Assembly: GCF_009834535.1 (NCBI RefSeq)
Contig: NC_045697.1
Span: forward strand, 80,168,001 to 80,232,000
From: Camelus ferus
Lineage: Eukaryota
DNA length: 64,000 nucleotides
Direction: 5' to 3'
Below, in pieces: positions 39,925-51,995 of this stretch. The position numbers and the translations under genes were made by a program. Within the stretch, counting starts at the first letter, position 1. Each line of letters begins with the position of its first letter. The notes beneath the pieces are model-generated. The model ran no database searches. It was not told the DNA's origin and saw only the letters and a list, made by a program, of their open reading frames with translations.

Positions 39925-40479
39925 TCAGTATAACAGGGAAGAGTCAAATATCCTAATCATTTCCTTATGTAGTGAATTCCTTCACAAATTTACTTTTTGT
40001 ATAAGTTAAATAATATCTACATAGAGATAAACTGATGTAGAGATATACATCCACCTCTCCATGTTGAAGATATTGAGTGTAACTGATAAGGGACAAACAG
40101 ATATATTAAATTGTCACGTTACAACTAGTGAAACATTTTAAAGTTTAGAAAAATAAATTCAACCTTCTAGTTCCCTCAGAGCATCTTTGCTTTGATCTGA
40201 AAATGCAATTTTACGCAATGTTTCTCATATTTATTTATGCAAATTTGCAACAGTCAATAAAGCTGAGAAGTTGTCATGTCATGATGCTATTATGCCAAGG
40301 TTCAAAATGATATATTACATACTGTCACAGTTCATAAGAAGTAATAGCAGGGATAATAAAATAGCTTCAGTTCCTGTTCCCAAAGTGACCTATTAACTGT
40401 CACTATTTGGAGTGAGAAGTAGTAGTGAGACTGCAAGAGCCTCAGCAGGACTTCATTCTAATACTTCAAAAAGTTAATC

Positions 40480-40720
40480 ACAAATTGAGAGTTTGGGATT
40501 AGCAGATACAAACTACTATATACAGAATAGGCAAACAATAAAGTCCTAGTGGGTAGCACAGGGAACTATGTTCAACACCTTGTAATAACCTATAATGAAA
40601 AACAATATTAAAACAAATATATATATATGTACACACACACATATATATATATAACTGAATCACTATGCTCCACACCAGAAACTAACCCAACGTTGTAAAT
40701 CAACTCTACTTCAACAAAAA
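40480..40720 (+). mobile_element. Short L1 3'-end insertion (3'UTR only) with TSD
   Basis: GAGTTTGGGATTAGCAGATACAAACTACTATATA...TAGCACAGGGAACTATGTTCAA is shared with the L1 3'UTR near 14030; flanks AAAAAGTTAATC (40468-40479) and AAAAAGGTTAATC (40716-40728). Confidence 0.9.
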
Positions 40721-41653
40721 GGTTAATCTATTTAATTACAAGTTTCACCAAAACAAAGTTTGTGAAAGTAGCCAACTCTGATAACATCTATTAGTAATCC
40801 ATTTGTATACTAATAATTGTGTAATAAAGCTATTTATCCTAAATTTCTGTATGTGAATCTTCTGTTGATACTTACGTAGCCCCACTTTCACACAATAAGG
40901 ATATTTAGCAGAAATACTGTTTTTGATGGGTTAAGAAAAGTGTGTATCACATTAGTTTTTAAACAAACAGAATATCAGGGTCTTTCCCAATTCATGAATG
41001 TTTACACACAATCTTGAGAAAAAAGCCATTGTCACTGGGTCATGGACTTAAGTTAGTTCACTTTTAGTTGTTATAAAATGGGCAGGCTGTGAACCATTGG
41101 CAAAATGAAACTTTAAGAAAAATGATACTAATTCTTCAATACTTGCAAATTTTGCCAGTTTAACAACTGTCATTTTAATTCCAGAATTTTATTTTGGGCA
41201 TCTGTAAAAACTTGCTAGCAATCAGAAACTACTGAAGAAACACCCAAGCCTGACTCTTCATGATGTGCAGCTCTTCTGATAGCAAATGAGGAGCTGGGAT
41301 CAACCTGGGTCAAGGTGGACCCTTTTTTTTTTTTTTTCTGATTTTCACAAAGACATCCCTTCACATTCAACAAGCACTGCATTTTGCAGAGCTGTGTCTT
41401 CCCAGAGGAGTGCCTGGCCCTCCTGTGAAGGCGGTGAAAGTGCTAGCTGCAGCCAAGCCAGTCATAATTCGGCCCAATTATTGTCAGTCTGGCTAGAAGG
41501 GAATGCTTCAGAACGAAAAGATTTTCAATCCCTGTGATATACACATCCACTTAAATCGAATATTTAGTCAGAAATGCATTGGGAGGTTGATGATACCTGA
41601 TACAATATAACATAAACTTCTCATTTAACTTCTCTCACTTCCACGTTGAGCTT

Positions 41654-41848
41654 CTCAGTTTTCCTTTTTTTTTTTTTAATTGAAGTATAGTCAGTTCACA
41701 ATGTTGTGTCAATTTCTGGTACACAGCACAATGTTTCAGTCATACATATACGTACACATACTCATTTTCATATTCCTTTTCATTAAAGTTTACTACAAGG
41801 TATTGAATATAGTTCCCTGTGCTATACTATATAAACTTGTTTATCTAG
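41654..41848 (-). mobile_element. Short L1 3'-end insertion, sense to CAMK2D
   Basis: A poly-T tract is followed by the reverse complement of the 3'UTR seen at about 14010-14175; probable TSD ACGTTGAGCTT (41643-41653) / ACATTGAGCTT (41849-41859). Confidence 0.88.
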
Positions 41849-42151
41849 ACATTGAGCTTTTAACACGAGCACAGAAGGTAGACACCAAATTGCCTGCCAC
41901 TTAATACCACAGGAAAAACATCTCCACACTTTGCACTCTGACTTCCAGAGGGCGCTGCAAAGTAAAACCAGAGGAGGTGGAAAATCATATTTACGGACAT
42001 ATTTGTCAAAGGAAAGAAAATTGTACCAAAGAGCACAAAGTTAAGCCGTAAAGAGAAAGTAGATAAAGCTTTACTCTACAGAACTTAATTCATATGCCTA
42101 CTTTCAAAGATTCTAATTGTAAATGAAATGTATTGGAACTGTGATTTTCAA

Positions 42152-42270
42152 AGTTTTAAAAAATCTTTCTTTTTGTTTCCCCCCTTTAATGGAGGCACTG
42201 CGGATTGAACCTAGGACCTCGTGCACGCCAAGCACGTGCTCTACCACTGGGCTGTATCCCTCAGGCCCCG
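42152..42270 (-). mobile_element. tRNA-derived SINE, Vic-1-like (camelid)
   Basis: Minus strand reads GAGGGATACAGCCCAGTGGTAGAGCACGTGCTTGGCGTGCACGAGGTCCTAGGTTCAATCCGCAGTGCCTCCATTAAA plus an A-rich tail. It has A-box and B-box (GGTTCAATCC) and a possible TSD AACTGT(GA/T)TTTTCAA at 42137-42151 / 42272-42284. Confidence 0.82.
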
Positions 42271-42753
42271 CAACTGTTTTTCAACTGCGAAACCCATTCT
42301 TCAAATGAAAGTTTGCACAGAAGCCCACCGGGTAAACAAGACAAAAACAGTCAAAACTGACATAATGGAACAATGCTCTACTTGATACATGGATCATTGC
42401 AAAGTACTGTTGCTATCTAATTATGAGACAGGCATTGGGAAATATAACTCAGCTAAACAGGTAGTAATCATTTCTAAAGCAAAAATCATTTAATTTTTTT
42501 ATATTTTTAAAATGCACTAAGATCCAAAAGCTTTGACAAGCAAGGCCCTTCCTTACAGACTTCAAGCTGTTTTCCTTTAGGAAGATAGTGAGCTGCAAGC
42601 AAATACAAACTGAATATGTATGCTGCATTTCTCATTCCTTATCTCCCTTTCCCTAAAAGAGAGGAAAATGATAAGGGACGTTATTGAAAATAATGGTTAA
42701 AATAGCAATGAAAAAATCTGAGTCTTAATCAATAAACAAAAACCAAACCCTCA

Positions 42754-42945
<192 letters not shown>

Positions 42946-43277
42946 TCACAATGACATCAAGCTGCACCCATTCTAAAAGAGGAACCTGAATTGTTGGTAA
43001 ACTTCAGAGAGACAGGTTATTCTCTTCTCTGACGTGTTCTGTGGAGAGTGAATGTTGATCCTCCCGCACTCAAGAGCTCTGACAAGGCAGCAGTCCAACA
43101 CAGGCACCCACGAACCCTCAAGATGCACGTCTGAAGACAAAATGGGCCTGCCCCTGGGGGGACACATCTGGCCTCCCTGAACTCTGCTTGTGTGTGATCT
43201 CCCTGCACTCTCATCTGTTTAGATACTATGTGATTTTAGTCACGTTAACACTTGACGTTTAAAAAATAACAGGTTAT

Positions 43278-43619
43278 ACGGCAACAAACTGGACAACCTG
43301 GAAGAAACAGCCAAGTTTCCAGGAACATACAGGCCACCAAGACTGAATCAAGAAGAAACAGATCATTTGAACAGACTGAACACTAGAAGTGAAATAGAAT
43401 CGATAATAAAAAAACCTCCCTGCAAACAAAAGTCCAGGACAGGATGGCTTCACTAGAGAATCCTACCAAACACACAAGGGAGAACTCATACCAGTCCTTC
43501 TCAAACTCTTCTAAAAGACTGAAGAGGAGGAAATACTCCCAAACTCATTCTCTGAAGCCACCATCACCCTGATACCAACACCAGACAAAGACACCACCAA
43601 AAAAGAAAATTACAGGCTA
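43278..43619 (+). mobile_element. Internal LINE-1 ORF2 fragment (about 340 bp) without 3'UTR or poly(A), flanked by a 17-bp direct repeat
   Basis: Degenerate NKLDNLEE...RLNQEE...KSPGQDGFT...[28 protein letters not shown]; flanks match at 15 of 17 positions. Confidence 0.9.
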
Positions 43620-45489
43620 AAAACATAACATGTTATTAACTTCCTCTTAGTCATCCTGCTGCTAATTAGGACATTTTGTTGTGTGATGGTGCCCTGGTTG
43701 TAACTTCAGACTCTAAATAGCCAGGGTCCCTGGGAGTGTGGATAACATATAAGGAGATGAAAATCCTTTTCTCTTTAATGATCTGAGTCTTCAAAAATAG
43801 AGTTCTTTAAAACAACAACAACAACAACAACTAAACCAGTGATACTACAGAAGAGTACATATTACAATGAGGGAAAAGGAAGAGGAGACTGAAGTTGAAC
43901 ATAAAATTCAAAGAGTTAAATACTCAGCTTTAACATAATTTGATATATTTTTCATAAATATGCAATTATTCACAAATCAGTCATCAATATCTGATTTAAC
44001 TTTAAAGTTAAAAAAAAATTCTTGTCATCACTGGCTTTTAACTTGCTTTGAAATCATATCTAGGGTCTAAATGTCTCCTGGGAAGGTCCTCTTTCTCATC
44101 ATACGTCCCTTCCTCTACTTTTGAAATACTTTATTGCCCTGCTTAAGGTCTTCACTTTCTTTTCTAGCCCCTTGTCCTGGAGTTAGGTCTGCCATGGCTC
44201 TGATGTCTCCTGCCCCCTCTTTTCCTCTTGCTGCACTCCCTTTCCGCGGGAAGGCTGGGAGAGGTGGGTAAGATAGGGAAACTGCCTGGTGTGCCTTAGA
44301 TTCCTCTCTCCGCTCATCAGGGCTAGTCACTTGTTTCCTTACCTTTCCTCTGTCAGGGACATCTAGCCCTGTCCTGTCCATTAGCCTGACATCTTTACAC
44401 GATAGACACCACTGCGGCTGCAATGGCTTTAAACACGGGTTTAATTGCCCTAGATTTTTCTAACCTGCTTCAGGGAGATCCAGTTCAAAATCAGATCACT
44501 ACCAGAATAAAACATTTTAAAAAACATTATTAAATAAAAACCCAACAAAGTTTTTAAGTTGAGATTGAAAGTTATTTCATCACAGTGGAGTTAAAAATCA
44601 AAAAAAAAAAAAAAAAAAGGACCATACAGAAAGTCACAATATATTGGTACCTCACCTTCACAACATAAAAATATTTTTCCATCTTTCACTACATTATAGA
44701 TTTAATGTGCATTCATTGAAATTTATTTTCATATTTTTACTATATGATGTAATGGATGCATCTAGTAATAATGATGACAACAATGATGATGATGAGTACC
44801 TGTGCTTGTGTCCCCAGGATGCAAGTAGAAAAGAGAACGTACCCTAAACGGTTTTAGCCCTCAGCTATGGTTTAGGGAGTGAAGAGGAAAATCAGTTTTG
44901 TAATGGCAATAGTTTATACTAATTTTTAATTAGACATTTTCTAATAACAACTGGAGTTAGGCTATTATAAAATTAAAAAACAAGCTCACAACTGTGACAT
45001 TTAGCATTCTGGACCTAGGCTGGGATTGCAAGCCTGGCCTGCTTCTGAGGCTTTATTCTTGTGCATTACATTTACTTGCTGTGGTACTTCTCTGCGAGGG
45101 GAGGGCTCTGAGACAGTTCATTCCCCAAGAATCAGCAGCCACAGTGTAGATAAATGCTCATTATTTGTTTGATTGAGGGGTTTCTACCAAAAATGTACTT
45201 TTAATAAAATAATAGCATAAATAGAGGAGATTTAGAAACACTTTCAGGTCAGAAGACTTAAAGAAAAAAGTTACAGAGGCACTACTGAGCAGGCTGATGT
45301 TAAACTGTCAAGGCCTATTAAAATAAATGTTGTTCTGTAAACTAACTCTGACTTGCTCATTAGACCAGATTTGGAAGCATTTCTGAGTTATAGCTCTTTT
45401 GTGGTTCTATTTTCTGAAAGTATAGAACAAAGACGAGAGTTGTGGCATACTAAGAAGGATAATACTAGTCAGTCTTATTGTAGATGACA

Positions 45490-45640
45490 CTAACTGGGCA
45501 GTTACAAGTGCTTTAGTGCATTAGCTCATGCAACCTTGATATGTTACTATGTGGTAGATGTTACTGTTCCCATTTCATAGATGAGGAAGTGGAGGCTGAC
45601 AGCTTAAGAAACATAACTGAGCCACAAGCAAGTTTGACAA
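45490..45640 (-). mobile_element. MIR SINE fragment
   Basis: GTAGATGTTACTGTTCCCATTTCATAGATGAGGAAGTGGAGGCT is the MIR core. Confidence 0.65.
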
Positions 45641-46189
45641 AGTCTTGTCTTAAAACACTCCCTGAGGTCACTTTTTCTTTCTCTATGAACTTTAACAAGA
45701 ATGGTCATTTTCAATTTTAAAGTGTTTGTGTTGTCGAATTGAGAGGCCTTGATGGTCACACAGTAAGGTCCTGCCTTAAATGTTCCCCGTAGCCACTTTT
45801 TCCTTTACCTATGCACTTTAACTTGAATATTTTAAATTTTCTGTTGTCTAATGGAGAATCCTTGCCTTACTAGTAAGGTTCCAATTTATAATTTTCTTAT
45901 AATCCTAGTATTTTACCATCTTCTCCTGGCAGAGAAAAAATATGAGAATAAATGAAAAAAAAAAGAGTCTTTTTTCTCTATCTATAACTAAGGCACTAAC
46001 ATTTTTAAAAGCCAATCAAAGAGTCTTCTTTTGCTTTTTCTGCAAGAACATATCAGGGGGTGATATGACCTCCAAATGTCAGATGTCTCTCATGATGTTA
46101 GCAGCCTTCGATGATCACTGCCTAGATACTTTGTTTTGCAAAAGAATGATATTCTAATTCCTTTATGCCTTTTTTAGTCTAAGAACAAC

Positions 46190-47045
46190 TTATAGTTCAT
46201 GTAAGAAAAGTAGAGGAATTGATTTTTTTCCTTTTTTATACATCAGTTTTCAAAATAATACATTAGTTCCCCAGCATCCTCTGAAGGTTAGGATTGCTGT
46301 TCTGTTTTGATTATCATTACGAATGCATGGATTTAAACTTACTTGATGTTTCAATCTATTACTGTAACTTTTCTTATTTATCCTCTAATTATCCCATCTT
46401 TAACCAGTAGGAGACTCTTCAAGTTGGCTCCTGAGTCCTGTTAATGTGAACTCTGTGGTCTCTAATAGTCTCTGTTCTTCCTGGTACGGCCAGGTGCTCC
46501 TGAATCATTCTGTACTTTTCCTGCTCCAGACTTGGGATTAGTTACTTCTACAAGGAGTCCTGGTTTCCGTTAGTGGAAACCAGAGTGTAGAGACCAGGAC
46601 TGGGTATTCTGAGGGGTGCTCTGTAGGAACTACAGGTTTCTTCAACAAATAAATTGAGAAGAGAGGAGTGAGGAGAGTGGGAAGGAAAGAGAAGAGCAGA
46701 ACTTACAAGTGAAAAGAGACTTAAAAGACCAAATTGATAACAAAATGATAAGACAGGAGGGCAAATAGCAAAACTACTAGATACCTGATGATTTTAAGCA
46801 ATTATTATTATATGATACTTTAAAATATTGCTACCATTGTCACACTTTTAAAAAAGCCCTTTTCTTTTAGAGATATTCATTAAAGTAATTATAGATGTAT
46901 TGATACAATGTTTGGACTTGACTTAAATAATCTCGGGTGGAGGAATGAGTAGGGTGGTGTAGATGAAATAAGATTAGCCATCAGTTCATCATACTATCAT
47001 TCTCTTTACTTTTGTAGAGAGAATTTTCCTTAAAAACTTAAAAAG
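46190..47045. mobile_element. Two adjoining ancient L1M 3'UTR fragments (about 46190-46610 minus, about 46625-47045 plus)
   Basis: TCTTCAAGTTGGCTCCTGAGTCC...CCTGCTCCAGACTTGGGATTAG (L1MC-like) and TTTCTTCAACAAATAAATTG...GTAGATGAAATAAGATTAGCCA (L1ME-like); subfamilies from recall. Confidence 0.6.
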
Positions 47046-47507
47046 CTATTTTGACATAGTCAGCTTCATATAACATTTTAAAAATGGAACCTAAAACTAG
47101 TCTTCATCATCTTATGTACATATTTGTGCTTGGGAGATGCTAGAGTTGTTTGATTAATAAGTTGAGAAGCACTGATTACTGATTAGGTAGAAAGACTACA
47201 TTATCAAGAACATTCAAAACTGATTTTTAATAAAGTCTAGAGTTAGAAAAATGATTAAAGCTATAATCACACTAATGATTAAACCATTCTAAAGCCTGCT
47301 TTTATGAAAAAAAGAGATGAAGAAGCAATGTTGAGAAACTCTTGAGAAGCCACAGGCAACTTAATGGAGCAATCTAAAAAGACATCCACTTCATAGTCTC
47401 AGAAACTAAAGGGCATACCATGAGCTTGCATGCAAAATGCATGTGGGGTCTGGAAACGCACAATTAACCAGTGAGGGATATGTATGGCTCCCTTTTATCC
47501 CTTATGC

Positions 47508-47554
47508 AAAAAAAAAAAAAAAAAAAGAAAGAAAGAAAGAAAGAAAGAAAGAAA
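47508..47554. repeat. A19(GAAA)7 compound microsatellite
   Basis: Counted directly. Confidence 0.95.
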
Positions 47555-48044
47555 TCACAGTTCAAATAGTGATAATGCTCAACTAACACTCTGGGACCTA
47601 CAGGGCAATGATGGATAGAACAAAGATAAGATCAAAGCAAGCAAGATAGAAAATTACTTTTCAGATAATGAAAACTATTCAGACCATGTAGTAGGAGTGG
47701 CAAACTGAAAGGCTTTCTGGCACCAGGCTGGGGTGAATGCCTGTCCCCGCCTTGTGCACGAGGGAGGGCAGGAACCAGGGGAGAGCAGGTGTCATCTGTC
47801 TGGCAGGTACAGCTGCCACATAAGAACAAAAGCATCCTGTTATTAGTTCTTTCGGTTAGAGAAGCCAGGATCTGACAGTTTCCAAGGAAATCTCCTGGTA
47901 ACACATTATAAAGATAAATGCCAATGCCCCAATATAAAAGGTCCAACTGTCTGGCCAAGACATCTAGAGGCCAGCTCTTTGCAACCTTTGCTCTGTTCTG
48001 TCACAATCCCAAAATCCGCTGCTCTAAAAGAATTTGCAACTAGC

Positions 48045-48285
48045 TGGGTAAAAGTTGGTGTGCCTCAAAATCACCGGGCAAGCTTGTGAAAATGCAATTC
48101 CTGAACATCACAGAGAATATTATCCTATTATTATTATTATCCTATTATTATATCCTATTATATATATATCCTATTATAATATTATTCAGGTTCTTGGGTA
48201 GGTCCCAGAAAGTTGTATTTTGATAAGCACTCAGGTAGTCACTTTGAAGCATGTGGTCTGTGATCTACAGATTGAAAAACATTAA
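48045..48285. mobile_element. MER5-like MITE interrupted by an AT-rich tandem expansion
   Basis: AAAATCACCGGGCAAGCTTGTGAAAATGCAATTCCTG ... GGGTAGGTCCCAGAAAGTTGTATTTTGATAAGCACTCAGGT; boundaries approximate. Confidence 0.65.
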
Positions 48286-50016
48286 GTTAGGGAAACTATG
48301 AACACTATATATTTGAGAAATATCTAAAGGGATGTAAGTTCAGAGTAAGAGGATATTGGTAGGGACTATCATTGAGGGTAAAGCTCTGTGGGTTGAGGAC
48401 CTATGAAGATGTGAGTCATGAGGGATGAAGGTGAGAGCTTTCTGACTGTAAGGCGCACCTGTGATGGTCTAGTGTCAGTGCACTGCAGAATTGCTGAGAG
48501 CAACGAATTGTCCAGTAGCTTTGAGATTTCAAAATGGTAAGTACTTCCTTAAAAAGTGCTTGATGCTGATTTATCACAGCTGAAATATGAAAAGGCTAAG
48601 GTTCAGAAAACACACAATGGCTGGACCTAAATTGGCCATAAAAGAAAAAAAAGAAATACATTCCATAATATTTCAAAGGTTGGTCAAAAGCTATAGTGTA
48701 TTCTGTGATAGCCACTAATTTATTATCACTCATAACTGTTCTGGTATCTAATTCAGGTAGAGAAGTAGCAAGACAAGGCGTGTGTGTGTGCACATGTGTC
48801 TGTGTGTTGGCCATGTTTATGGCTTACATTTTTTATTTTCTAAAGCCAGGATGTAGAAGGAAGTTTGGTTCCAGTGGTATCTCTAAACAACATTTGCTCA
48901 TCCCGTTAGGGAATTATGAAAACAGCTCTATATGCAAGAAAACTATCAAAATCAATTTACTGTTGTTAATAGCAGAACACAGGGCTATGTTCTTGCTTCA
49001 TTAATGTCTATTATTTACTTTCCAGTAATGGACTAATAGCTTTCAAAGACCAGGAACAGGTCAGGCTCTATTCTGTGTGAGATCACAAAAGCAAGGTAAT
49101 GGTGGTAAATATCTGAAATTTCCTGTGTACAGATTATTGCATGTTTCTAATAGAAAATAATGCACAGGCTTCTTTAAGCCATTACACCAATACTGTGCTT
49201 TACTCCGTTCTGTGTCAACAACCCAAAGACAGCCAGAGTGAGTGCTCATAGTTTAATTCACATAGAAGATGACCTGCCATTTTGCCAAATAGCTTATCTT
49301 GCATTTCTTTTGTTATCTGGGTTGTCATTTCTTACCACACTATCCAATGTCTAACCTTGCAAAGAAATAGTTATTCAATTGGCAAGAGCTAGTGCTGACA
49401 GATGGCTGAAAAAGAGTTTCTCTCAAGATATGCCATTACCTAAAAGCTGTCAAATAATGCGTACATTTCTTTCGTGGTTATTACAGTGGGGATGAAGAAA
49501 AGTGCACCATCTTAGAAGTACGCTGAATTTAATGAAACTCTCATGACATTTAATAAAATGGTGAAACAATATTCCAAGCCCAGAGCAGTAACCCAGAAAT
49601 GTAACAAAAGGCAGAAGAATCTATTATGATGTTCCTGGTGGTAGGCAGTGGGAGATCATTTCCCCTAGGTAGGTAATATTAGAAAATATAAGACGTTTCT
49701 GCAGGTAGCTGTGCGACCCCAAGTGCATTTCTAGGCATGCAATTAAAAGATGCCACAATCTCTAAAGAAAGTGGAAGCTGATGGCAAATATATGCTCTAA
49801 ACAGGGTATAGCTTGTCACAAAGGGATTTGGTTGTTTGTAGAAAATTGTGTGAAAAAAGTAAAGGTAAGGATAGAACTGAGCAAAATGGAAGGTGGATCT
49901 GCTCACAGCAAAAGTGGGGTTGAAATCTGTGGCTCTAAGTTTCTAGCCATTCATGAGATCTGCATGCACATATATATTTGTAGGTATATGTGCAGTGTCT
50001 ATTTAATATTCACTTA

Positions 50017-50081
50017 TTTTTTATTGAAGTATCATTGATTTATAATGTTGTGTTAGTTTCAGGTGTACAGCAAAGTGATTC
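50017..50081 (-). mobile_element. L1 extreme 3' end (about 65 nt) fused directly to the U6 3' U-tract
   Basis: Minus strand GAATCACTTTGCTGTACACCTGAAACTAACACAACATTATAAATCAATGATACTTCAATAAAAAA aligns by eye to the L1 3' end at about 40657-40720. Confidence 0.92.
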
Positions 50082-50185
50082 AAAAATATGGAATGCTTCA
50101 CGAATCTGCGTGTCATCCTTGCACTGGGGCCATGCTAATCTCTGTATCGTTTCAGTTTTAGTGCATGTGCTGCCGAAGTGAGCAC
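50082..50185 (-). pseudogene. RNU6: Full-length U6 snRNA retro-pseudogene, the 5' part of a U6/L1 chimera
   Basis: Minus strand GTGCTCACTTCGGCAGCACA...GATACAGAGATTAGCATGGCCCC...TTCCATATTTTT. Against canonical U6 from memory it has about 9 substitutions and one 3-nt deletion; no recognisable upstream PSE/TATA. Confidence 0.96.
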
Positions 50186-51034
50186 TACTTAACAGCCTGT
50201 AAGACTGTTACACAGCTCAGACAACAAGGAGAGAAACAACTCTTCATCTATCTTTGCTCTTCCAGCCAAGCAATTTAGAGCTTCTCTCATAGAAGTTATC
50301 TCACATTTCACAGATGTGAAATCCCATTATTACAAGATATGCCATTATTTTAAAAGGTTATCTACATAAACTGTATTATGGAAATGTACTCAAACAGAAA
50401 ATTCCAAAACCAAGTGTGCTCAAATTTACCAAAGTAATATTAAAATTGAGCACAGTGTGTTTGGTGAAGTCTAAGATAGCAAGTCTAAAACATGATGATA
50501 TGTCACAGTTATTAAAAATGCAGCTGCCCACCCTGAGCTCAGAGCCACTAAAGTGAAGGGGCCCATATAGGGACTGGACATTTCCACGTATGTAAGTTTC
50601 AGCACTGATTCTCTTCTAGAGCCATGAAAGAATTCCTAGTACAGTATCACGGGTTTTGTGGGATTTCGTGTTAAAGATCTGATATTCTTCAACACCAATA
50701 ACATTGATACGTTGTAAAACAATGTTTTTAATTCAAGAAACAAATCAATGATTGAAATTATTTAAAGGAATGAAATATGATTCAAGAGCTGTGAAACTGG
50801 TCCACAATAATATGTATTGCAGAATAAAACGCAAACAAGAAGATAATCTAAAGGTGAAGAAAGAAAGAAGAGAGAGAGAATTTGGTATTCAAATGAACGG
50901 GTGAAGGCATCACAATACTCGGCTGGCGGTCACAACAATAATGCTGAGTCATCCATTAAAATGTGTTCAGTCTCTCTCACAGGGCTACATATCCATTATC
51001 TGGAAACTTCATTTATAAAGAAACACTTTCTAAT

Positions 51035-51200
51035 AACTATAGTAATAATAACTCACATTTACTTTATTTTAAAAAATCCTCTTGGCAGTCCTAGGAGGCA
51101 AGTACTGTCACTATCCCTATTTTATAAGAGGAAGCTGAGATGCGGGACTGCAGGATTTGTGCCGGTCCGGTCTGAGGGCAGGACTGAGGGGCTGGGTGTG
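51035..51200 (-). mobile_element. MIR SINE fragment
   Basis: AATCCTCTTGGCAGTCCTAGGAGGCAAGTACTGTCACTATCCCTATTTTATAAGAGGAAGCTGAG. Confidence 0.6.
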
Positions 51201-51774
51201 TTCTCTTACCTGCTCCACACACGGCCTCCTAACTTAGGAGGCAGGTGGGAGAGAAGAGGAAGAAGGGGAAAAACTAGGAAGGAAATGAGAAAAAAGAAGA
51301 AAGAATAAAGAAAAAGGGAAGTGGGGGGAGGCTGGAGATGCCCTTCTGATGAAGTGAAGACTATGAGGTGCCCTGACCGCAAGCCCTCCTTGCCCTGCTT
51401 CTGACCCGTCTACACCATACTCACTCTCTCTCCAGTGTCAGGTCTGAGGGCCGAACTTCAGCTACCTACACCCACCTCCACGGTACCCTCCATAAAACCC
51501 ATCTACATCTGCCTGCCTCTCAGGGTACTAGACTCCTTTTTAAATTCATCAGCAGAAACAGATCAGTGATGGGAGCTGATTCATTGCAAGGGAAAAAGTC
51601 GAGTTATCTGCCATTCATGCCTAGATTTGAACAAGGACATTTTGAGGCAATGCTTTAACCCAAAGTCATTCTGGAGTTCCTGCTTAAAAGACATTCTCCG
51701 GGAGGCAGGAGGAAGACACAGCTTGGGGCACACCTAAGACCGCGCACTTTAATTAGGTGACAATTCCAACTTTT

Positions 51775-51995
51775 TGGAATAATAATAGCTATTTGTATGT
51801 TCAATAGCTTTACAAACTATAAAATGTCTTCATTTACTGTATACCCTATTTGACCCTCATACAATTCTGTGAGGGTGAAATGTTCCTATTTTATAGGTAA
51901 AGAAGCCAACTTAGAGGCATCAAGGAGATGGGGTCAGAAGGTGCAAAGCAAAGACTCGAATCCAGGCACTGTGGCTCCAAATACTGTGCTCTTCT
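51775..51995 (-). mobile_element. MIR SINE
   Basis: AATAATAGCTATTT...CCTCATACAATTCTGTGAG...CCTATTTTATAGGTAAAGAAGCC...GACTCGAATCCAGG. Confidence 0.7.

Noticed and set aside
42185..42262. tRNA-Ala-like sequence as a tRNA gene
   Set aside because: Stems are mismatched, and it has an A-rich tail and a probable TSD, so it is a SINE.
50082..50185. Functional U6 snRNA gene
   Set aside because: About 9 substitutions, a 3-nt deletion next to the ACAGAGA box, no PSE/TATA promoter and fusion to an L1 tail.
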